Source: Nitratifractor sp.
Lineage (GTDB): Bacteria; Campylobacterota; Campylobacteria; Campylobacterales; Sulfurovaceae
Direction: 5' to 3'
NCBI RefSeq assembly: GCF_015487065.1
Contig: NZ_WFQN01000137.1
Span: 1-49,846 of the forward strand
Length of the DNA: 49,846 nucleotides
Numbering within the stretch: the first letter of the stretch is position 1; each line of letters opens with the position of its first letter. Below the pieces are notes generated by a model, which searched no databases, was not told where the DNA came from, and was given only the letters and a program-made list of their open reading frames with translations. Shown piece after piece: positions 36,818 to 45,431 of this stretch. A program made the translations under genes and the position numbers.

Positions 36818-39130
36818 GTGTCTAGTCAGACACACCGATCCCTTGAAATCGTCATCACGGGATTTGTCCAGGGGGTCGGATTCCGCCCGTTTGTCTATCG
36901 TCTCGCTCACGAAGAGAATCTGGGAGGATGGATCCGGAACAACACGGAAGGGGTGGTTCTTGTTGTAGAGGGGAATGCCCATGCGCTCATGCGCTTTCGA
37001 TACCGCTTACAACGGGAGCTTCCCCCTTTGGCACGCATCGATTCGTTTCGGATTACGGAAATCCCGGCGCAAGGACTCCGCGCTTTTCATATCATCGACT
37101 CGGAAACCGACAAAAACAAAAAAGCGTCGGTTCTGCCGGACATAAGCCTCTGCGACGCCTGCCTGGCGGAGATGCAAGACCCGAAAAACCGCCGATACCG
37201 CTACCCCTTCATTACCTGTACCGACTGCGGACCAAGGTACTCTATCCTCCGTACCGTCCCCTATGACCGGCCCAACACCTCGATGGCCGAGTTTTCGATG
37301 TGCGACGCTTGCCGACAAGAGTACGAAGACCCGAGCAATCGCCGCTACCATGCCCAGCCTATCGGATGCTGGGAGTGCGGTCCGATGCTGCATTTTTGGT
37401 ACAGAGCTCAAGAGCGATGGCTGGAACTTTCGTACGACGATGACATCAAAGCCTCAAGCGAGCGATTTCTCGAAGAGACGGCCCGGCGGATCGAAACGGG
37501 CCAGATCGTGGCGATCAAAGGGCTGGGCGGCTTCCATCTGATCTGCGACGCTTTGAACGAAAAGGCCGTGCAACGCCTAAGAGAGCGCAAACGCCGCCCG
37601 AGCAAACCCTTTGCACTGATGGTACCTTCTTTGCAAACAGCCGAATTGCTCGCCGCGTTGAACGAAAAAGAACGGGAACTTCTCGTTTCCAAAGAGCGCC
37701 CCATCGTGCTTTTGCGGAGAAAAGACGCAACAAATCTGCCGGACTCGGTGGCTCCCGGCATCGATCGGCTGGGGGTGATGCTCCCCTATACTCCGCTGCA
37801 TCATTTGCTCTTGCAACGCCTCAACCGCCCGATCGTCGCCACCAGCGCCAATCTCTCCGATGAACCCATCATCTACGAGGGCGAAACCTTGCGCCGCAAA
37901 CTGGGCTACGTCGTCGATGCCGTACTCGATCACGATCGCGACATCGTCAACGCCTGCGACGACAGTGTGGCACAAGTGGTAGGCGATCTGGTGCAGTGGC
38001 TGCGTGTGGCGCGAGGCATCGCGCCCTTGAGCCTGCCCTTCGAAACCAAAAGCGCCGCTTCTATTCTGGCCGTCGGTGCCAATCAGAAAAACACCATCGC
38101 TTTCTCGCTTGACAACAAGGTTGTCGTCTCTCCCCACATCGGAGACCTCAACAGCATCGAATCGATGGAATATTTCCACCGTACCGTCGAAACCTTCCAG
38201 CGATTTTACGACTTTGTTCCCGAAACGGTTGTTTGCGACCTTCACGCGGGGTATGAAACGACAAAATGGACAAAAGCATTCAAAATCGAACATCCAAAAT
38301 CCAACATTCATCAGGTACAACACCATTATGCTCATGTCCTGGCGGTGATGGCGGAGCACAACTACCGTGACAAGGTCCTGGCGTTTGCTTTTGACGGCAC
38401 GGGCTACGGCATGGACGGTACGATCTGGGGTGGCGAGGTGTTTATCGCCGATGTGGAGAGTTCCCAACGTATTGCCCATTTACGTCCTTTTCGGCTCCTT
38501 GGCGGTGAAAAGGCGGTCAAAGAGCCCCGGCGTGTAGCATTGGCTCTACTTTTTGAATTATTTGATCTGGATGAGATTTTGGCCATGGACAACCCGACGG
38601 TCAAAGCTTTTCTGCCCGCCGAAATCCGTCTGCTCCATCAGTCATGGCAAAAGGCGCTCAACGCACCGCTAACCACCTCTATGGGACGTTTGTTCGATGC
38701 CGTCGCTTCACTGACAGGCGTTTGTCAAATCCAAAGCTACGAAGGGGAAAGCGGTTTGCGGCTTGAAGCCTGGGGCTGTGATCACGAAGATACCGACGCA
38801 AGCCTTTTGGCCGTTGACGGAAAACAGATCAACTGGCAACCGTTGATTCATGCATTGGCGGTGGGGGAAGCAAATGCCGGTCGTGCGTTCATCGCGGCTC
38901 TCGTTCACGCGATAGCTCGATTCACCGCACGTTATTCAGACCTGCCCGTCGTCCTGGCCGGCGGCGTCTTTCAAAACCGCACTCTCATGCAAGCGTGCCT
39001 GAAAAGCTCTTTTGCCGATCGGCTCATGCTCTCTCGTTTGTTGCCGCCCAACGACGCGGCCGTCGCCCTGGGACAACTCCATTATGCGTTGCATTCCGAT
39101 GCCAAGCTTCGCAACACCTCTTCCCGATAA
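36818..39130 (+). CDS. hypF: Carbamoyltransferase HypF
   Basis: GFVQGVGFRPFVY, Zn fingers, KGLGGFHL, QHHYAH, PPNDAAVALGQ. Confidence 0.97.
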   Translation: MSSQTHRSLEIVITGFVQGVGFRPFVYRLAHEENLGGWIRNNTEGVVLVVEGNAHALMRFRYRLQRELPPLARIDSFRITEIPAQGLRAFHIIDSETDKNKKASVLPDISLCDACLAEMQDPKNRRYRYPFITCTDCGPRYSILRTVPYDRPNTSMAEFSMCDACRQEYEDPSNRRYHAQPIGCWECGPMLHFWYRAQERWLELSYDDDIKASSERFLEETARRIETGQIVAIKGLGGFHLICDALNEKAVQRLRERKRRPSKPFALMVPSLQTAELLAALNEKERELLVSKERPIVLLRRKDATNLPDSVAPGIDRLGVMLPYTPLHHLLLQRLNRPIVATSANLSDEPIIYEGETLRRKLGYVVDAVLDHDRDIVNACDDSVAQVVGDLVQWLRVARGIAPLSLPFETKSAASILAVGANQKNTIAFSLDNKVVVSPHIGDLNSIESMEYFHRTVETFQRFYDFVPETVVCDLHAGYETTKWTKAFKIEHPKSNIHQVQHHYAHVLAVMAEHNYRDKVLAFAFDGTGYGMDGTIWGGEVFIADVESSQRIAHLRPFRLLGGEKAVKEPRRVALALLFELFDLDEILAMDNPTVKAFLPAEIRLLHQSWQKALNAPLTTSMGRLFDAVASLTGVCQIQSYEGESGLRLEAWGCDHEDTDASLLAVDGKQINWQPLIHALAVGEANAGRAFIAALVHAIARFTARYSDLPVVLAGGVFQNRTLMQACLKSSFADRLMLSRLLPPNDAAVALGQLHYALHSDAKLRNTSSR

Positions 39131-39801
39131 GGCATCGGATAGTTGAAAAAAAACTCCGCTTCTTTGAGGTAGTAGAAGAAGTTCTCGCGATGCACGCCCC
39201 GATAGAGCTTCATATGTTCGTCCAAAAAACGCCAAAAGCGCACAATGGTATTTTCGCGGCTCTTCAGTTTTGCGATACGGTGGAGATTCAGGAATTGGGA
39301 AAACTCCCGGTAATAAAGATCCTCCAACCGGTCATCCAAAAAGGCCTGTTTGTAGCGATCCAGAGGCGGCATCAGGATCGAATAGACCTTTCCTCCATAG
39401 TCGAATGTGAGCAGGTTATGCGCATCAAAAATACATTTCTTGTTCTTACGTTTGGAGTGATCGAGGTAGAAGTATTCGTCATATTCGGTAATCTGATCAC
39501 GGTTTTGTTCGTAATCGGCTTCGAGCAATGCCGGCAGAAGATGGCGCATGCGGTCAAAATAGTTTTTGACCGTTACATAACTGATGTTTACCTCTTTGGC
39601 CGCCTGCAGCGCACTGTATTCACGGCAAAATAGCTGAATAAGCCTCCTCTCCCTTTGCCGCTTTTTGGGGGCATAGCGCCGTTTGCATACGGCACATTTG
39701 TATCGTCCGTCCGATAGTTCATAAAATTTTTCCGCTCCGCAAAAGGGGCAGTGCTCCCCTTTCCTTGGTCCGGTTTTTATCGAAGAATTAATATTTTTCA
39801 T
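39082..39801 (-). CDS. IS1595-family transposase-derived protein (Zn ribbon + HTH + degenerate DDE)
   Basis: CPFC..YKCAVC ribbon, HTH SALQAAKEVNISYVTV, EYDEYFY, GGKVY, NTIVRFW, YRGV..NFFYYLKEAEFFFN. Start placed at ATG 39801. Confidence 0.8.
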   Translation of the reverse strand: MKNINSSIKTGPRKGEHCPFCGAEKFYELSDGRYKCAVCKRRYAPKKRQRERRLIQLFCREYSALQAAKEVNISYVTVKNYFDRMRHLLPALLEADYEQNRDQITEYDEYFYLDHSKRKNKKCIFDAHNLLTFDYGGKVYSILMPPLDRYKQAFLDDRLEDLYYREFSQFLNLHRIAKLKSRENTIVRFWRFLDEHMKLYRGVHRENFFYYLKEAEFFFNYPMPYREEVLRSLASECNA

Positions 39802-39837
39802 GATCTTTTTATGATAACGCGTTAGAATACAGAGCAA

Positions 39838-39855
39838 ACTGAATGATCATTCAGT
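39838..39855. promoter_or_regulatory. Perfect 18-bp palindromic operator upstream of nikM
   Basis: ACTGAATGA-TCATTCAGT, just downstream of TAGAAT (39823-39828). Confidence 0.7.
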
Positions 39856-39875
39856 AAGTCGAGTAAGGAGCGTAT

Positions 39876-40517
39876 ATGCATATTCCCGACGGGTATCTTT
39901 CGCCGGCTACAGTCGCGACAAGCTACGCGGTGATGATCCCGTTGTGGACCTACGGCTTTAAAAAACTCAAATCTTTTCTCGATGAAAAGACCGTCCCCTT
40001 GCTCGGATCGCTCAGTGCGCTTAGTTTTCTGATCATGATGTTCAATATTCCCGTTCCCGGGGGGACGAGCGGACATGCTATCGGCACGGCGCTTTTGGCG
40101 ATACTTTTCGGGCCGTGGGTTGCGTTTGTCGCCGTCTCTTTCGTGCTGCTTATTCAAGCCCTCGTCTTTGGTGACGGCGGCATCTCCACCTGGGCCGTCA
40201 ACGCCTTTGACATGGCCTTCGTTGCGGCATTTGCCGGCTACTATGCTTACAACGCTTTGAAGGAAAAGACGAAATACGCCCCTTTCATCGCAGGATGGTT
40301 TTCGATCAATGTCGCCGCGTTGTGTGATGCCGTGATTCTGGGTATCCAGCCCTGGCTTTTCAGCGATGCGTCGGGGAAACCGCTCTATTTTCCCTTCGGT
40401 CCGGAGGTGACAATACCGGCGATGATGACAGCGCATCTGTTGATCTTCGGAGTGATCGAGGGGGTGTTCACCCAAATTGTCTACACCTTCTTGCAAAAAA
40501 GGGAGGAACGGGAATGA
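39876..40517 (+). CDS. cbiM: Ni/Co ECF transporter substrate component NikM/CbiM
   Basis: MHIPDGYL metal-binding N-terminus, GGTSGH, QALVFGDGG. Confidence 0.93.
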   Translation: MHIPDGYLSPATVATSYAVMIPLWTYGFKKLKSFLDEKTVPLLGSLSALSFLIMMFNIPVPGGTSGHAIGTALLAILFGPWVAFVAVSFVLLIQALVFGDGGISTWAVNAFDMAFVAAFAGYYAYNALKEKTKYAPFIAGWFSINVAALCDAVILGIQPWLFSDASGKPLYFPFGPEVTIPAMMTAHLLIFGVIEGVFTQIVYTFLQKREERE

Positions 40518-40807
40518 CGGCCAAAAAGGTATGGCTTCTTGTCATTGTACTGCTTGTGTCTGTTCCGTTGGGGCTTTTGACCGATGCGGAGGCCTGGGGA
40601 GAGTGGGATGTAGATTATTACGCCAAGAAACTGGGTTTCATCCCCGAGGGGATGAAACAATTCTCTCTGTCTCTTCACCCCCTACTTCCGGATTATTCGG
40701 CACCGGGAACCGGTAGTGTGACGGGGTACTACATCAGTGCCGCCGTCGGGGTAGTTTTGATCTATTTTTTTTGGATGCTAATAGGGAAAATCCTTGCAAA
40801 AAAATAA
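40514..40807 (+). CDS. NikN/PDGLE-type small membrane component
   Basis: Two TMs, AWGEW, LLPDY motif. Confidence 0.75.
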   Translation: MTAKKVWLLVIVLLVSVPLGLLTDAEAWGEWDVDYYAKKLGFIPEGMKQFSLSLHPLLPDYSAPGTGSVTGYYISAAVGVVLIYFFWMLIGKILAKK

Positions 40808-41348
40808 TATCGTCCTTGCCAGAGTCTTTTTTGTCGTCGCTTTTTTTGCGCTGTTGAGTCTACATCATCTAAGCTACCTGTTTGCGGCGCTGATAACGCT
40901 ATGGATCGTGAGCTTTCCCAAAATCGCACCCTTGACGATTCGCGTGCTGCGCTCGATTTTGATCTTCAATCTGGGGCTCAGCCTGGGATATGCGGCGATG
41001 GCCCTGTGGCGGCACGAGACTCCCTGGGAGTACCTGTTCTATATCAACCTCAAAGTCTATGTGCTGACCTATTTCGTCTTTTGGTTTTTCGGCCGTCACT
41101 CCATTGTCCGACTGATGGGCTTTTCCAAAGATTTGAGCTATTTGACCACGATCGCTTTGTCGCAAATCGTTTCCTACAAAAAAAGTTTCGAGGATTTTCG
41201 GCTGGCGTACCTCTCGAGAGGATTGCGCCTCAAAGACAAAAATCCCAGATTCATCGCACGAACGTTCGAGTATTTTTTGGAAAAATCCCTCTACGATGCC
41301 GACGAACGTACTCTGGCGATGAAAGCGCGAGGATTTTTCCGTGATTGA
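40794..41348 (+). CDS. cbiQ: ECF transporter T component NikQ/CbiQ
   Basis: Multiple TMs, SRG and AMKARGF motifs. Confidence 0.8.
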   Translation: MQKNNIVLARVFFVVAFFALLSLHHLSYLFAALITLWIVSFPKIAPLTIRVLRSILIFNLGLSLGYAAMALWRHETPWEYLFYINLKVYVLTYFVFWFFGRHSIVRLMGFSKDLSYLTTIALSQIVSYKKSFEDFRLAYLSRGLRLKDKNPRFIARTFEYFLEKSLYDADERTLAMKARGFFRD

Positions 41349-42090
41349 GTTGCGAAACGTCTCCTATCGATACGAAGAGACCGCCGCACTCGACGGCGTG
41401 AGCCTGAAGATCAAAGCGGGGGAAAAAGTCGCGCTGCTGGGTAGCAACGGCAGCGGTAAATCGACCCTTCTTCGCATCCTCGCGGCACTCTATTTTCCCA
41501 CGGAGGGCACCTACCTCTTTCAAGATAAGCAAGTCGACAAAAAATCGGCCAAACAGCTGCGCCCCGATCTGGGTATTTTGTTTCAAAATCCCGACGCGAT
41601 GATCTTCAACCCTACGGTCTATGATGAAATCGCCTTTTCATTGAGGGAATTCGGGTTTGAAGATATCGAAGAGCGCACCCGCAAAATCGCCGCAAATTTC
41701 GCTCTGGAAGCTCTTTTGGACAAATCTCCCCTGAAACTCAGCGGCGGCGAGAAGCAAAAGCTGATTTTGGCGTCGATTTTGGCCTATGAGCCCAAACTCT
41801 TGCTTTTGGATGAACCCACGACGGCGATGGATCCCAAAACGACGGGGTGGCTGATCGATCTGCTTTGGGAACTGGATACTACCGTCGTCCTTGCGACGCA
41901 CGATTTGAGCGTAGCCTACGAGTCTTGTCGACGGGCTGTCGTGCTGGACGAGAGCCATCGCATCATCTATGACGGCGATAAGGAACCTCTCATGGAAAAC
42001 ATCGATTTGCTGGTTCAAGCCAACCTGATTCACAAGCACAAGCACCGACACAAAAAATTTGTCCATTCCCACTACCATCTACATTTTTGA
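41341..42090 (+). CDS. cbiO: ECF transporter ATPase NikO/CbiO with His-rich tail
   Basis: GSNGSGKST, FQNPD, LSGGEKQ, LLDEPT; tail HKHKHRHKKFVHSHYH. Confidence 0.92.
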   Translation: MIELRNVSYRYEETAALDGVSLKIKAGEKVALLGSNGSGKSTLLRILAALYFPTEGTYLFQDKQVDKKSAKQLRPDLGILFQNPDAMIFNPTVYDEIAFSLREFGFEDIEERTRKIAANFALEALLDKSPLKLSGGEKQKLILASILAYEPKLLLLDEPTTAMDPKTTGWLIDLLWELDTTVVLATHDLSVAYESCRRAVVLDESHRIIYDGDKEPLMENIDLLVQANLIHKHKHRHKKFVHSHYHLHF

Positions 42091-42102
42091 AAAGGAGTCA
42101 CC

Positions 42103-42864
42103 ATGTGCAAAGACTGCGGCTGTAGCATCACCGATCATCACCACGACCACGAGCATCACAGCCATACCCATCAAGCCGCTCATGAGACGCTGCACCACAA
42201 TCCGCAGCTTAACGATGGTAAAACCATCGAGGTGATCAGCAAAATTCTGGACAAAAACGACCACGAAGCGCAGCACAACCGGGAGCATTTCGACCGTCAC
42301 GGGGTGCTGGCGATTAATCTGATGAGCTCGCCGGGCAGCGGCAAGACGACACTGCTGGAGAAGATGTCCGAGACGGCCCCCTTTCGTTTCGGGGTGATCG
42401 AGGGGGATCTGGAGACCAACCGGGATGCCGACCGTATCCGGGAAAAGGGAATCCCAGCCTACCAGATCACGACAGGGAGCGCGTGCCATCTGGATGCCTT
42501 CATGGTTCACAAGGGCCTCCACGAGATGCCGTTGGATGATATAGACGTCTGTTTCGTCGAGAATGTGGGCAACCTGGTCTGCCCCGCCAGTTACGATGTA
42601 GGCACGCACCTGAATATCGTGCTGGTCAGCGTGCCCGAAGGCGGCGACAAGATCGAAAAGTATCCCGTCATGTTCCGCCAGGCCGATCTGGTGCTCATTA
42701 CTAAAACCGATCTGCTGCCCTACTTCGATTACGATATCGAGCACGAAAAGGCCCAAGCCCGGCGGATCAAGCCCGGTGTGGACATCTTGGAGGTCAATAT
42801 CAAAGAGCCCGAAACAATTCAGCATGTGATCGACTGGATCGAATTCAAACGAAAAATGCGATAG
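42103..42864 (+). CDS. hypB: Ni-insertion GTPase HypB
   Basis: MCKDCGC, His-rich segment, SSPGSGKTT, CHLDA, ENVGNLVCPA. Confidence 0.97.
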   Translation: MCKDCGCSITDHHHDHEHHSHTHQAAHETLHHNPQLNDGKTIEVISKILDKNDHEAQHNREHFDRHGVLAINLMSSPGSGKTTLLEKMSETAPFRFGVIEGDLETNRDADRIREKGIPAYQITTGSACHLDAFMVHKGLHEMPLDDIDVCFVENVGNLVCPASYDVGTHLNIVLVSVPEGGDKIEKYPVMFRQADLVLITKTDLLPYFDYDIEHEKAQARRIKPGVDILEVNIKEPETIQHVIDWIEFKRKMR

Positions 42865-42872
42865 GAGATCTT

Positions 42873-43157
42873 ATGTGCCTTTCGATACCGAGTAAAGTGG
42901 TCAAGATCGACAAAGCCAAAGCCACCGCCGTGGTCGATACGATGGGGGTACAGCGGGAAGTGGGGATCGATTTTGTCGAGGATGAGGTGACGGTGGGCGA
43001 TTATGTGCTCATTCACATCGGCTTTGCTATGAATATCATCAGCGAAGAGGATGCCCTGGCTTCCATTGAAACCTACAAGGAGATATTGGCTTTGATGGAC
43101 GAAGAAGAGCGGCGGCAGGCGATACTGGATGGAGACAACTGTGAAGCTGGAACTTAA
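42873..43157 (+). CDS. hypC: HypC chaperone
   Basis: MCLSIP, VGDYVLIHIGFA. Confidence 0.96.
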   Translation: MCLSIPSKVVKIDKAKATAVVDTMGVQREVGIDFVEDEVTVGDYVLIHIGFAMNIISEEDALASIETYKEILALMDEEERRQAILDGDNCEAGT

Positions 43158-44286
43158 AAATCTATATGACGATTTTCGCGACCCGGCGACGATCAAGGCC
43201 CTCTCACGGCTCATTCATGAAGAGGCGGCAAAACTAAATCGCGAGATTCGCATTATGGAAGTCTGCGGCGGGCATACCCATACCATCATGAAGTACGGTC
43301 TCAAGCAGTTGATGCCCCCAAATATCCGATTCATCCACGGGCCCGGCTGTCCGGTCTGCATCATGCCCAAGGAACGGATCGATCACGCTTACATCCTGGC
43401 GATGCAAGAGGGTGTGATCCTGGTGACCCTGGGGGATATGATCAAAGTCCCGGGCTCGCAGGGCAGCTTGCAGGATGCCAGAAGCCGGGGTGCCGATGTG
43501 CGCTTCGTCTACAGCCCGCTCGATACGATCAAGATCGCCCAGGAAAACCCCGACAAAAAGGTGATCTTCTTTGCCATCGGTTTTGAGACCACCACCCCCA
43601 TGACAGCGGCGATGATCGCCCGGGCCGAGAAACTAGGGCTGGACAATTTGCTGGTACACGTCAACCATGTCACCGTGCCCGAGGTGATGCGCGAACTCAT
43701 CGACAGCCGCGACGAGCACATCGATAGCTACAACAACCGCATCGATGCCTTCATCGGCCCCAGCCACGTCAGCGTCATCGCCGGGGCCAAAATCTACAAG
43801 GAATTCCCCGAAAGATATAGCCGCCCCGTGGTGGTGAGCGGCTTCGAGCCGGTGGATGTGATGGAAGGGGTGTTGATGCTGGTGCGACAATTTGTGCAGG
43901 ATCGTTGTGAACTGGAGATCCAATACCGTCGTAGCGTGACGATGGAAGGAAACGTGGCGGCCCAGAAGCAGATCGAGCACTACTTTGAAAAACGCCCCCT
44001 TTTCAAATGGCGAGGCTTGGGCAATATCCCGGATAGTTCCCTGAAGCTGCGGGACGCGTATGCCTCCATCGACGCGGAAACGGTCTATCTCGACATCCTG
44101 CCTATCGAAGAGATCGAAGACCACAAACTCTGCATCTGCGGCGATATTTTGCGCGGCATGGCCGAACCGACCGAATGCCAGGTCTTCGGCACCGCCTGCA
44201 CGCCCCAAAAGCCCCTGGGCAGCTGCATGGTCAGCAGTGAAGGAGCTTGCGCGGCCTATTACAAATATGGAGATTTGCTCAAATGA
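43141..44286 (+). CDS. hypD: HypD
   Basis: MEVCGGHTH, GPGCPVC, GFETT, CMVSSEGAC; GTG start after GGAG. Confidence 0.96.
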   Translation: MKLELKNLYDDFRDPATIKALSRLIHEEAAKLNREIRIMEVCGGHTHTIMKYGLKQLMPPNIRFIHGPGCPVCIMPKERIDHAYILAMQEGVILVTLGDMIKVPGSQGSLQDARSRGADVRFVYSPLDTIKIAQENPDKKVIFFAIGFETTTPMTAAMIARAEKLGLDNLLVHVNHVTVPEVMRELIDSRDEHIDSYNNRIDAFIGPSHVSVIAGAKIYKEFPERYSRPVVVSGFEPVDVMEGVLMLVRQFVQDRCELEIQYRRSVTMEGNVAAQKQIEHYFEKRPLFKWRGLGNIPDSSLKLRDAYASIDAETVYLDILPIEEIEDHKLCICGDILRGMAEPTECQVFGTACTPQKPLGSCMVSSEGACAAYYKYGDLLK

Positions 44287-45284
44287 CCAAGACTATTACC
44301 CTGGCCCACGGCAACGGCGGCGCGGAGAACCAAGCCCTCATTCACGAGATCTTCTGGAAGCACCTGGGCAACGAGATTCTGGACCGCGGCGAGGACGCCG
44401 CCTTGCTGCCGACGCTGGAAAATCCCGCCATGACCACCGACAGTTTCACCGTCTCGCCCCTCTTTTTCCCCGGCGGTGACATCGGCAAGCTCAGCATCTG
44501 CGGGACGTGCAACGATCTAGCGATGATGGGAGCGGCGCCCAGATACCTTAGCCTTTCGGTCATCGTCGAAGAGGGGTTTGAAGCTAGAAAGCTGGAGCGG
44601 ATCGTGCGCAGCATGAAAAAAGAACTGGCTGCAAACGAAGCGATCGTCGTCTCCGGCGATACCAAAGTGGTCCCCAAAGGGACGGTGGACGGGCTTTTTA
44701 TCAACACCACGGGTATCGGCGAAGTGCAGGCACCGGGTATTGGCGTACACAATATCCAAGAGGGTGACGCCATCATTGTCAGCCGTGACATCGGCCGCCA
44801 CGGCGCGACGATCTTTGTCTCCCGAGAGGGGTTGGAGATGGAGAGCAGCTTGCAAAGCGACTGCGCGTCACTCTGGCCCCAGGTGGCGAGCCTGCTGGAT
44901 GCCGGCATCCATCCCCACGCCTTGCGCGACGCCACCCGGGGCGGCTTGGCGGCGGTACTGAATGAGTGGGCCGCAGCCAACAAGCTTTGCATCGAAGTGG
45001 AGGAGGGGGCGATTCCCGTGAGCGAAGAGGTGCGGGGGATCTGCGAAATGCTAGGCTTTGAGCCCACGGCATTGGCCAACGAGGGGACTTTTGTCATGGC
45101 CCTCGATCCTACTCAGGTGCCGTTGGCCCTGGAGATCCTTGAAGCATTCTCGGGTTGCGAAAGTGCGGCGCTGATCGGTACGGTCACGACGAGTCATCCC
45201 GGCCGTGTGGTACTAGAAAGCGAGTGGGGAACGCGACGCTTTTTGGAACTGCCTACCGGGGAACTGCTGCCGAGGATCTGCTAA
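44283..45284 (+). CDS. hypE: HypE
   Basis: LAHGNGG, TTDSFTV, DATRGG, C-terminal LPRIC. Confidence 0.96.
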   Translation: MTKTITLAHGNGGAENQALIHEIFWKHLGNEILDRGEDAALLPTLENPAMTTDSFTVSPLFFPGGDIGKLSICGTCNDLAMMGAAPRYLSLSVIVEEGFEARKLERIVRSMKKELAANEAIVVSGDTKVVPKGTVDGLFINTTGIGEVQAPGIGVHNIQEGDAIIVSRDIGRHGATIFVSREGLEMESSLQSDCASLWPQVASLLDAGIHPHALRDATRGGLAAVLNEWAAANKLCIEVEEGAIPVSEEVRGICEMLGFEPTALANEGTFVMALDPTQVPLALEILEAFSGCESAALIGTVTTSHPGRVVLESEWGTRRFLELPTGELLPRIC

Positions 45285-45294
45285 TGAAAGGGAT

Positions 45295-45402
45295 GCGTCG
45301 TTTGTCGTTTGAACGGGGTTTCGCCCCTCTTTGTCATTTGAATGGAGTCGGCAGTGCCAAATCGGCAGTCGGCAGTCTTTTTTATCAAAGCCGCAAAGCG
45401 GC
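45295..45402. repeat. Heptamer repeats with small hairpins between hypE and hypX
   Basis: GTCGTTT x2, GGGG-TTTCG-CCCC, AGTCGGC-AGTGCCA-AATCGGC-AGTCGGC, AGCCGC-AAA-GCGGCT. Confidence 0.55.
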
Positions 45403-45431
45403 TATTCAAAACTCTTACTTCAGAGCTTAAA

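Noticed and set aside
39082-39837. Active IS1595 insertion sequence
   Set aside because: No terminal inverted repeats or target duplication seen, catalytic Glu replaced, and the gene overlaps hypF.
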